In this document: positions 18,458 through 26,572 of the stretch, in pieces | Position numbering within the stretch: the first letter of the stretch is position 1 | Layout: each line of letters begins with the position of its first letter | NCBI GenBank assembly: GCA_944391465.1 | Contig: CALXTS010000005.1 | Span: forward strand, 2,942-66,941 | Direction: 5' to 3' | DNA: 64,000 nucleotides | From: an uncultured Alphaproteobacteria bacterium | Lineage (GTDB): Bacteria > Pseudomonadota > Alphaproteobacteria > RF32 > CAG-239 | Position numbers and translations under genes: made by a program | The notes under the pieces: model-generated | What the model was told of the DNA's origin: nothing | Database searches by the model: none | The model's input: only the letters and a program-made list of their open reading frames with translations

Positions 18458-18880
18458 CTATTTTGTCAGCTTAGCCAGCTCAACCTCGACTCTCAATTCA
18501 ATTTCTGCAATAATTTCTTTTAATTTTTCATCTTGAGTTTCAAATTGTTTTTCTTTAATCATTCTGGACAACTCTATAAGCTCGTCTTTAGATATATAAC
18601 CGGCTAACAAACCATCTCTGATAACCTCAAGTTTATCTAAAAGAGCATTACCTCTTTTAATAAGTTTTTTGCGAATTTGCTTTTCTTCCTCATCTGTTGC
18701 GGTCTGAGCAGCAAAAATAGCATCAGTTATAGAAATTGCGGATGAAGGATTTACCGGAGCACTATCTGTTTTCATCATTTCATTCAAGTAAGAAGAGAAA
18801 CTAGCACCCGTTCCAGTTTTAACACTTTTTCCTGTTTTAGAGGTTGTTCTACTAGCGGAAACATCATTAACTTTAATCAC
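18458..18880 (-). CDS. fliX: FliX-family flagellar assembly regulator
   Basis: RG..LLDKLEVIRDGLLAG and IIAEIELRVEVELAKL C-terminal motif; upstream of dksA as in other alphaproteobacteria. Confidence 0.8.
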   Translation of the reverse strand: MIKVNDVSASRTTSKTGKSVKTGTGASFSSYLNEMMKTDSAPVNPSSAISITDAIFAAQTATDEEEKQIRKKLIKRGNALLDKLEVIRDGLLAGYISKDELIELSRMIKEKQFETQDEKLKEIIAEIELRVEVELAKLTK

Positions 18881-18895
18881 AAAACATCTCCTTAT

Positions 18896-19492
18896 TTATT
18901 GGAACACCCAAGTAATATCATTGGTTGTATCACTCGTACAAGCTGCAGAAGCCTTATCAAAAGTAACCGGAAGCCTAACAACGTTACCATCAATAGTTTT
19001 CATTTCATCATAATTTCCGTAAGGCAATAAGAATAGAGTTTCTGCATTAACACTAATCGCAACCATATCAGAATTTTGGCGTTTAACCCAATTAATCTGC
19101 AAAATATCAATGCAAGCTCTTTTATTAAGACCAAAGAAAGTAACATTATAATAATCATCACTTTGAAAAACTTCATCTTTGCTGATAATTACCTTACCTC
19201 CTAACCTGTGGCGAAGCTCTTCACCCGAAATTAAAGAAGTTGGAATAACTTTTTCTTCAATAAGCGTTGCATTATCTCCTAAAGTATCATATTTACCTTC
19301 AACAGCATATCTTTCGGTAATATTTTTTTGTAAATCTTGAATCTGGCTAACCGTAACACTTTGTTTAAATTTCGACATTACATTGCTTATAATTCCCAGA
19401 ACACCAATTCCAAGAATAGATATTATAGAAATAACGGCCAAAGTTTCCATCATGGTGGCGCCGCTCTGATTACTTGTTTTACCCAAAAGCAT
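18896..19492 (-). CDS. Type IV pilin/pseudopilin (PilS-like)
   Basis: Class III signal peptide NQSG|ATMMETLAVISII with E5; YDTL, GGKVII, GLNKRACI, C-terminal Cys; AGGAG RBS before ATG 19492. Confidence 0.8.
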   Translation of the reverse strand: MLLGKTSNQSGATMMETLAVISIISILGIGVLGIISNVMSKFKQSVTVSQIQDLQKNITERYAVEGKYDTLGDNATLIEEKVIPTSLISGEELRHRLGGKVIISKDEVFQSDDYYNVTFFGLNKRACIDILQINWVKRQNSDMVAISVNAETLFLLPYGNYDEMKTIDGNVVRLPVTFDKASAACTSDTTNDITWVFQ

Positions 19493-19659
19493 CAAAATCA
19501 ACTCCTAATACCTAAAAGTATCATGATTATAAGCATAAAACAATTAAAATATTGTAATATTAATTTACTTTATTTTTATAAAATATATACTATAGTCCTA
19601 GATATAAGTCTGATATAGTATAAAGACTTAAATTAAAAATTTAGATAAAGGAACTTATA

Positions 19660-20193
19660 ATGAAAAAAACAATCGCATTATTAGTTGCAGCTTCCGCTGT
19701 TGCTTTCGCAGCTAATGCTAGCGCAAAAGAATATACACCTTATGTTGGTGTAAATTATAACTATACAGAAATGAGAGATGACTTTGATTTTAATTCTTAT
19801 TCTGTAACCGTTGGTACTGACTACAATAAATATTTCGGAACAGAGTTGTTCTATCAAAATTCAAACAAAGACCACAAACTTATTGATGGCGATAAAGAAA
19901 AGCGCGATTTTGACGCTTATGGTTTAGATGTTTATGGATATCTTCCGTTAGGTTGTGCGCAGAAATTTGCTCCGTTCGTAACCGCAGGTATTGCAAACTA
20001 TGACTTTGATTATGCTGATAATGCAGAAAAAGTTTCTGACAATGGTCTTGGTTATCGTCTCGGTGCCGGTGTTCAATATAAATTTGACAACAATATAGCT
20101 ATCCGCGCTCTTGGACGCTATGTATGGACAGATAAATTACAAGGACAAGATCATTTATCCGAATTCTCTCTCGGAGCAAGATACAGCTTCTAG
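19660..20193 (+). CDS. Outer-membrane 8-stranded beta-barrel (OmpA-like/porin family)
   Basis: Signal peptide ending ANASA; amphipathic strands YFGTELFY, YGLDVYGYLP, GYRLGAGVQY; C-terminal LGARYSF. Confidence 0.88.
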   Translation: MKKTIALLVAASAVAFAANASAKEYTPYVGVNYNYTEMRDDFDFNSYSVTVGTDYNKYFGTELFYQNSNKDHKLIDGDKEKRDFDAYGLDVYGYLPLGCAQKFAPFVTAGIANYDFDYADNAEKVSDNGLGYRLGAGVQYKFDNNIAIRALGRYVWTDKLQGQDHLSEFSLGARYSF

Positions 20194-20318
20194 TTTGAAT
20201 AGTTTAACAAAAGAAGACAGTGTATTTACTGTCTTTTTTTGTTTTAAAAATAAAAAAGCTGTTCAAAAATAAAATCAATGCTATATTTATAAAAAATATA
20301 AACAAAAGGAATATACTC

Positions 20319-20798
20319 ATGAAAAAATTACTTTCTCTTTTAGTCATAAGCTTAATTTTTTGTTCTTGCTCAAAAGAAGAAGAAAAACAAGCTCCGGAAA
20401 CAAAAAATATTCCATCAGCAGAAATAAAAACATCAGAAGAAATATATAGCTTTGATATCAACACACTAGAGGAAGGATGTAATTCTGAAAGCCAAATGAT
20501 TTGTGCAATAAATTTAAGTATAAAATGCACCATAAATCCAGAATTTAGCGAATGTATAGAACACAAAAAGGAAATGCCCGACTTTATATTTATGGAAGAT
20601 GAAAGTCTAAAAAGGCCAACATCTCAATCCTACAAAATCACAAAAATCAAACCCTTAGAAGATAGTATGGTAGAAATTTATACCCAAAGTACTTGTAACG
20701 GCAATTGGTTTGGTTTATGTAACGGAAATATTATTTATGTTATGAGTTTTCGTGATGGAAAATGGGTTGTTAAAGACCTATACGCCATAGAATCATAA
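20319..20798 (+). CDS. Putative lipoprotein with conserved Cys pairs
   Basis: AAGGA RBS then MKKLLSLLVISLIFCSC lipobox-like signal; six further Cys. Confidence 0.7.
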   Translation: MKKLLSLLVISLIFCSCSKEEEKQAPETKNIPSAEIKTSEEIYSFDINTLEEGCNSESQMICAINLSIKCTINPEFSECIEHKKEMPDFIFMEDESLKRPTSQSYKITKIKPLEDSMVEIYTQSTCNGNWFGLCNGNIIYVMSFRDGKWVVKDLYAIES

Positions 20799-20801
20799 AA
20801 A

Positions 20802-21335
20802 TTAATTCTGTAAGCTATTTTTTAAAGCCTCATCAAATCTGTCTTTGGCAGTATTCTGTTGAGGCTTTTTATTAAAAACAATTCTTTCCTCCGAATTCAT
20901 TCTTGCCAAATCCTTTTCCAATTCTTCATTATAAGGAATTTTTCCGCTTTTAGCAATTTCTTCCAAATCTTTAGAATATTGAGTATAATTACGTTGATAA
21001 ACCGGAGTATTGGAAAAATCATCCATAATATTTTGAAGATTTGTATTTTTTTCATTATTAATATTTTCTTGCTTATTATATCTGACAACCAACTCAGGCT
21101 CTTTAACCACTTTTTTCTTAGGTTTTACTTTAACATAACGAGGTTTTTGTGGTTCAGATTTTTTCAAATCATCAGCTAAATGATATCTGGGCATAACCAA
21201 CCTTTCCGGCTGAATTTTAGCACTTTCGGGGATAAAAAAATCCGGTTCTAATTTTTTACGAACAAAAGTCTCCTGAGCTTTTGCCGAACAATTAATACTA
21301 AGCACCATAAACAAACCCACAATAAATTTATTCAT
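20802..21335 (-). CDS. Hypothetical exported protein
   Basis: N-terminal signal peptide ending SAKA; 177-aa ORF. Confidence 0.65.
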   Translation of the reverse strand: MNKFIVGLFMVLSINCSAKAQETFVRKKLEPDFFIPESAKIQPERLVMPRYHLADDLKKSEPQKPRYVKVKPKKKVVKEPELVVRYNKQENINNEKNTNLQNIMDDFSNTPVYQRNYTQYSKDLEEIAKSGKIPYNEELEKDLARMNSEERIVFNKKPQQNTAKDRFDEALKNSLQN

Positions 21336-21386
21336 AAAAAAACCTCATCAACGATAAGTTAACGAATAAAATATATAATAGAATAC

Positions 21387-22058
21387 ATGAAAAAACTTTT
21401 TTTTATATTAACATTAAACACCTACATCGCTTTGTTATCAACCAAAGCGTTAGCTTTTGATTGTTCTCAAATACAAACAATTCCATCAATAGAATTTTCA
21501 ACCTCTTACGGAAAACTAAGATACGACACTACCAAAAACAACCAACAAATAACCGCAATAGCAAAAACTTACGGCATATCAGAAAAAGGATTATTTGCAG
21601 CAGGATTAGCAACCATAAACGTTAATTTTGAAGTATCTATAAACACACTGGGTAAAATATACGGAGAAAATAATATTTGTGTTATCCCAACCAATATCAA
21701 CATTTATATTGGCTATTCGGATCCTGTAATTTATATATCTAAAAATCTGGCTAAGAATAGCTGTAAATATAATGTTGTATTAAGACACGAACAAACACAT
21801 CATCAAATAAACAAAAATGCCTTAGAGTATTTTTTACCTTTATTTCATGATGCCATAAAAAAAATAATAACCAGCGTAAAACCGATTAACGTCAATACGG
21901 CAGAAGAAATAGATTTAGCAACAACCGAATTAACACAAACTTATAACCGAAAAATATCCCCTCTTATAGAAGTGTTTAAAAACGAACTTCTTATTGAACA
22001 GAGTAAACTTGATAATCATGAAAATTATCAACACGAAGAAGAAATATGCAAAAATTAA
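21387..22058 (+). CDS. Exported protein with HExxH motif (DUF922-like zinc peptidase)
   Basis: Signal peptide ending ALA; C.YNVVLRHEQTHH; C-terminal QSKLD. Confidence 0.65.
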   Translation: MKKLFFILTLNTYIALLSTKALAFDCSQIQTIPSIEFSTSYGKLRYDTTKNNQQITAIAKTYGISEKGLFAAGLATINVNFEVSINTLGKIYGENNICVIPTNINIYIGYSDPVIYISKNLAKNSCKYNVVLRHEQTHHQINKNALEYFLPLFHDAIKKIITSVKPINVNTAEEIDLATTELTQTYNRKISPLIEVFKNELLIEQSKLDNHENYQHEEEICKN

Positions 22059-22729
22059 GCTGCTGTTTTATTACCTAAAACTTCATCCAAAAAAGATTCC
22101 ACACCTCTAAAAGCATAATCTATATAAGTTTTATCTTTAGCGGAATTATTTTTATAATAAATTCTGACGGTATCCATACCGGCTTCTTTAGCAAATTCCA
22201 AATTAGAATAGCTATCATCTACAAAAAGACAATCTTCAGGCTTGACGTGTATTTTTTCACAATATTTTAAATAGACATCAGCATTTTCATTTTTTTTATA
22301 AACACCAAAATCTTCTACGGAATAAAATCTATCCTTAAAAAATTCATACAAGCCGATGTGTTTTAATATTTTTTCAGAAGCATATCGATCACTGGCCGTA
22401 AAAATATACTGTTCAGCGGGAACTTTTTTAATTTTATCCAAAAGATTTTCATAAGCAGTAATTTTTTCAACGGGTTTACGTTTATGATAAGCATAAAATA
22501 ATTCCCCGGGATCAACATTATAATCCCTATAAAAAATTTCACCACCATTACGATAAATATTGTAAGATTCTTTAACTTTGGCTTTAGCTGTCTCCAAATC
22601 CATAGGAACTTTCAAATCCTCAACCAACGCTGTCGCCATGGTTGTATCTAATAAATCAGCCCATTCAGGAGTACGCAAATAAAGAGTATCATCCAAATCC
22701 CAGATAATATATTTTTTACCAAAAACCAA
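22055..22729 (-). CDS. HAD-superfamily hydrolase (pyrimidine 5'-nucleotidase-like)
   Basis: WDLDDTLY motif I, IFTA motif II, LFVDDSYSNL..AKEAGM motif IV. Confidence 0.85.
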   Translation of the reverse strand: MVFGKKYIIWDLDDTLYLRTPEWADLLDTTMATALVEDLKVPMDLETAKAKVKESYNIYRNGGEIFYRDYNVDPGELFYAYHKRKPVEKITAYENLLDKIKKVPAEQYIFTASDRYASEKILKHIGLYEFFKDRFYSVEDFGVYKKNENADVYLKYCEKIHVKPEDCLFVDDSYSNLEFAKEAGMDTVRIYYKNNSAKDKTYIDYAFRGVESFLDEVLGNKTAA

Positions 22730-22866
22730 TTTTTAGCTCCGTTAAAATTTACAAACGCTTTAATATTACTCAATAAGAAACTTTCGTCAACACTATTCTT
22801 GAACCTTGAATGCTCAAAAGGGAATGTTATATCAAACATAACCAACAACAAAATAAAGAGGTGAAA

Positions 22867-23199
22867 ATGAAAAACATAATAGGAATAGTTTCCATAGCCG
22901 TATTGGCTTTAAGTGGTTGCAGTGATTCTCAAGCACAAGATTCCGTATCAATAGATGCAGGTAATCCCAGTTCGTCAAATGTAATGATAATGGAAGGCTA
23001 TGAAGCTGTTGTTATACCTGAAAATAACAACACATCTAACCAAGGAACACAATCAGAGACAGAAAATGATCAACAACCTTCTACAACCAATGATAACAAT
23101 CAAAATAACAACAGTATCTATGAAGAAAGCATAACCGATACCCAAACGCCAAATAGTGAAGAAATAGACATTGAAGAATCTGAAACCTCAAATAACTAA
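22867..23199 (+). CDS. Low-complexity lipoprotein
   Basis: GAGG RBS; MKNIIGIVSIAVLALSGC lipobox; N/Q/E/T/S-rich tail. Confidence 0.7.
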   Translation: MKNIIGIVSIAVLALSGCSDSQAQDSVSIDAGNPSSSNVMIMEGYEAVVIPENNNTSNQGTQSETENDQQPSTTNDNNQNNNSIYEESITDTQTPNSEEIDIEESETSNN

Positions 23200-23891
23200 T
23201 TCTCAACATTCCAAAGAGCATTTTTAATTTTTTTGCTTAAAAATTCTTCATGAAGAGATAATTCTTGTTGAGATAAAGGAAAATCCCTCGATTCACGGAA
23301 GTTTCTGGTAATTTCATTATTATCAGATGCTTCCGCACTTTTTTTATTTTTTTTAGCATCCAATAACAAACTCGGCTCTCTTCCGCCCAATAATTCAAGA
23401 TAAACCTCCGAAAGCAATTGGGCATCAAGCAAAGCACCATGAAAAGTACGAGCCGTATTATCAACATTAAATCTTTTACAAAGAGCATCTAAGTTATTAC
23501 GCGATCCAGGAAAAAGTAAACGAGCAATTTCAAGAGTATCAACCACTCTATCCCAACTATACTGTTGTTTACCGATTTGTTTTAATTCATAATTAACAAA
23601 GTTAATATCAAAAGTAGCATTATGAGCAACTAAAACAGCATCTCCGACAAAATCAATCCATTCATCGGCAACTTTATCAAAGGTCGGATAATCTTTCAAA
23701 AATTCATAAGTTAAACCATGAACTTTAACAACTTCTTCGGGAACCTCTCTTTCCGGATTAATATAACGATGAAAAGTCACTCCGGTAGGAACATGATTAA
23801 CCAATTCGACAGCCCCAATTTCAACCAAACGGTCGCCTTTATCATAATCAAAACCTGTAGTTTCAGTATCAAAAACAATTTCCCTAGTCAT
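23196..23891 (-). CDS. dnaQ: DNA polymerase III epsilon subunit
   Basis: REIVFDTETTG, VAHNATFD, NNLDALCKRF, HGALLDAQLLSEVYLELLGG; ATG at 23891. Confidence 0.96.
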   Translation of the reverse strand: MTREIVFDTETTGFDYDKGDRLVEIGAVELVNHVPTGVTFHRYINPEREVPEEVVKVHGLTYEFLKDYPTFDKVADEWIDFVGDAVLVAHNATFDINFVNYELKQIGKQQYSWDRVVDTLEIARLLFPGSRNNLDALCKRFNVDNTARTFHGALLDAQLLSEVYLELLGGREPSLLLDAKKNKKSAEASDNNEITRNFRESRDFPLSQQELSLHEEFLSKKIKNALWNVEN

Positions 23892-24474
23892 CAGCGTTTT
23901 CCAAACTTTGAATAATGTTAATAAGTTCAACTTTTAACAAATTAAGAGACTTATCTGTTTCAATAACAATATCGGATAAAAGAATTTTCTTCTCATTATC
24001 AAGCTGAATGTTATTAATTTTATCAAAATCTTCAGCCGAAACCTTATCTCTATTCATAACTCTCAGTTTTTGAGTTTCATAATCAACATGAGCGACCATA
24101 ATAAAATCGCAATATTTATCCCATCCTTGCTCGAACAATAAGGCCACATCAATAAAAAATAAATCATCAGTTTTAGAATTTCTGCGAATAACTTTTTTCA
24201 AATTATCTTTTAAGAAAGGATGAATTAAACTTTCCAATATTTTTAATTTTTTATTATCGGCAAAAACAATATTCCGCAAAGCTCTCTTATTAACGTGATG
24301 ATTAATAACGACATCAGGAAAATAGTTTTCAATCACTTTAATAAAATCTTTTTGAAAATAAAGACGTCTTACCCAACCATCAATATCAAAAACGGTATAA
24401 CCCAAATCTCTTATAATTTTAGCTAAAGTCGTTTTACCACAACCTATAGATCCGGTAATTGCAACAAGTTTCAT
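23884..24474 (-). CDS. coaE: Dephospho-CoA kinase
   Basis: AITGSIGCGKTT P-loop, LRNIVF, LESLIHP, DVALLFE; conserved coaE-dnaQ order. Confidence 0.92.
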   Translation of the reverse strand: MKLVAITGSIGCGKTTLAKIIRDLGYTVFDIDGWVRRLYFQKDFIKVIENYFPDVVINHHVNKRALRNIVFADNKKLKILESLIHPFLKDNLKKVIRRNSKTDDLFFIDVALLFEQGWDKYCDFIMVAHVDYETQKLRVMNRDKVSAEDFDKINNIQLDNEKKILLSDIVIETDKSLNLLKVELINIIQSLENADD

Positions 24475-24479
24475 ATAAA

Positions 24480-24870
24480 ATATCCTTAAAACAAGTGATT
24501 AGTATAGTTATAAACAATTCGTTAACTTTTTGTGTATAACTACACTTCAGTAAAAGGTTATATAATTTTATTCACGCTTTGTAAAATTTAATATAAAAAC
24601 TTACGCACAGCATAAAAAATTATAAACAGCTTGTTGATAACACAACTTATAAACAATATATACAATTTAAAGTTTACAAATTTAGATTATTGATTCTCCA
24701 AGTCTTTAAAATTCCTTTAAAAGATTCTTTCACAGATTATTAACAATTTATTAAAATATGAATATATCGGCAAACAAAAATTTAATCCACAGACTACACA
24801 GGCATATACAAATAACAAAAACATTTTAAATATATTAATGTTAGCCCTGCGGGGCTGTTAATAAATAACT
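24480..24870. other. Probable chromosomal replication origin (oriC)
   Basis: AT-rich ~490 bp gap between divergent coaE and rho. DnaA-box matches: TGTGTATAA 24531 (perfect TTWTNCACA on minus strand), TTATTCACG 24568, TTACGCACA 24601, TGTTGATAA 24632, TAATCCACA 24783, plus TTATAAACA x3 and TTATTAACA x2. Matches the alphaproteobacterial origin position between the coaE/dnaQ and rho/mnmE/parAB clusters. Confidence 0.8.
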
Positions 24871-24881
24871 CAACATAATAT

Positions 24882-24910
24882 TTGACAGAAAAAGATTTCC
24901 AAGTTATAAA
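24882..24910 (+). promoter_or_regulatory. Putative sigma70 promoter of rho
   Basis: TTGACA-17 nt-TATAAA. Confidence 0.6.
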
Positions 24911-24965
24911 AACAACAATCCTTCCTAATAAAATTTTCCATTAAACATATCATATCAGGATTTCC

Positions 24966-26219
24966 ATGAATTTAAAAGAATTAAAACAAAAAACCCCAAC
25001 TGAGTTATTAACTCAGGCGGAAGAGCTCGAAATTGAAGACGCTTCTTCAATGAGAGTCCAAGACTTAATGTTTGCTATATTAAAAAAAGTAGCAGGAGAC
25101 GATAATACCATATACGGAGAAGGAACCATAGAGGTTTTACAAGACGGTTTTGGTTTTTTAAGATCTGCGGAATCTAACTATCTTGCCGGACCAGACGATA
25201 TTTATGTTTCTCCTGCACAAGTAAAACGCTTTGGCTTAAGAACAGGTGATACCGTTGAAGGAGAAATCAGAGCTCCCAAAGATAATGAACGCTATTTTGC
25301 TTTGGTAAAAGTCAATAAGATTAATTTTGAAGATCCTGAAAAATCAAAATTAAGAGTAAATTTTGATAACTTAACACCTCTGTATCCGACGGAAAAACTG
25401 GATTTTGATATTATAAACGGAGAAAAAGATTATACAACACGAGTAATAGATTTAATATCTCCGCAAGGAAAAGGTCAAAGAGGTTTGATTGTAGCCCCTC
25501 CCCGTACCGGAAAAACAGTAATGTTGCAAAATATAGCTCATGCCATAGCTACAAACCATCCAGAATGTTACCTTATCGTTTTATTGATAGATGAACGTCC
25601 TGAAGAAGTTACTGATATGACCCGTTCCGTAAAGGGAGAAGTGATATCTTCAACTTTTGATGAACCGGCATCCAGACATGTTCAGGTAGCTGAGATGGTA
25701 ATAGAGAAAGCCAAAAGATTGGTAGAAACCAAAAAAGATGTTGTCATATTACTTGATTCCATCACACGTTTGGGAAGAGCCTATAATACGGTAATTCCAT
25801 CTTCTGGAAAAGTTTTAACCGGAGGTGTTGACGCTAATGCCTTACAAAGACCTAAAAGACTTCTCGGAGCAGCCAGAAACGTTGAAGAAGGAGGTTCTTT
25901 AACGATTATTGCCACAGCTTTGATTGATACTGGATCTCGTATGGATGAAGTTATCTTTGAAGAATTCAAAGGAACCGGAAACTCAGAAATAATTCTTGAT
26001 AGAAAATTGACAGACAAACGTTTATTCCCGACGATTGATATTACGCGTTCAGGAACAAGAAAAGAAGAATTATTGGTAGATAAAGAACGTCTGACAAAAA
26101 TGTGGGTTTTACGTCGTGTTCTTATGCAAATGGGAATGACGGACGGTATGGAATTTTTATTAGATAAACTTCGTCTAAGCAAAGATAACGATGATTTCTT
26201 CAATAATATGAATTCATAA
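24966..26219 (+). CDS. rho: Transcription termination factor Rho
   Basis: [60 protein letters not shown]. Confidence 0.99.
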   Translation: MNLKELKQKTPTELLTQAEELEIEDASSMRVQDLMFAILKKVAGDDNTIYGEGTIEVLQDGFGFLRSAESNYLAGPDDIYVSPAQVKRFGLRTGDTVEGEIRAPKDNERYFALVKVNKINFEDPEKSKLRVNFDNLTPLYPTEKLDFDIINGEKDYTTRVIDLISPQGKGQRGLIVAPPRTGKTVMLQNIAHAIATNHPECYLIVLLIDERPEEVTDMTRSVKGEVISSTFDEPASRHVQVAEMVIEKAKRLVETKKDVVILLDSITRLGRAYNTVIPSSGKVLTGGVDANALQRPKRLLGAARNVEEGGSLTIIATALIDTGSRMDEVIFEEFKGTGNSEIILDRKLTDKRLFPTIDITRSGTRKEELLVDKERLTKMWVLRRVLMQMGMTDGMEFLLDKLRLSKDNDDFFNNMNS

Positions 26220-26220
26220 A

Positions 26221-26246
26221 AAAAAAGGCCCTGAAAAAGGGCTTTT
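26221..26246 (+). terminator. Intrinsic terminator after rho
   Basis: AAAAGGCCCT-gaaaa-AGGGCTTTT. Confidence 0.7.
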
Positions 26247-26276
26247 CTTATATAAATAAAGTTACAAAAAAAATAA

Positions 26277-26306
26277 TTGACAAATTTTTTTGAAAAGAAA
26301 TATAAT
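26277..26306 (+). promoter_or_regulatory. Consensus sigma70 promoter of the ATP-grasp cassette leader
   Basis: TTGACA-18 nt-TATAAT. Confidence 0.7.
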
Positions 26307-26330
26307 ACCTCTCAGTTCACATAAAAAAGG

Positions 26331-26465
26331 ATGCAAATGACAAGCGAGAGCTTAACATATTCTTCAAAAAGACCTTTAGAGCAATTAAGCTCAAAGGTGT
26401 TTGCGCCTTTTTTACTTAACCTAATTCTCTACATTCTTTTGGCTCTGCTCATTATGAGCCTCTAG
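26331..26465 (+). CDS. Putative leader peptide / small membrane peptide (42-44 aa, Leu-rich)
   Basis: Not in ORF track (<60 aa): MQMTSESLTYSSKRPLEQLSSKVFAPFLLNLILYILLALLIMSL*; AAGGA RBS fits ATG 26337; stop codon lies inside a hairpin. Confidence 0.5.
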   Translation: MQMTSESLTYSSKRPLEQLSSKVFAPFLLNLILYILLALLIMSL

Positions 26466-26572
26466 GCGTTTTGAAAAGTTTTAGACAGACTTGGGCGCTT
26501 AGAGGGTTGAAATGAGACAAGTCTTCTTTACGCCAAATTTAAAAATAATAAAAATAAAGACAGAGAAAAAAT

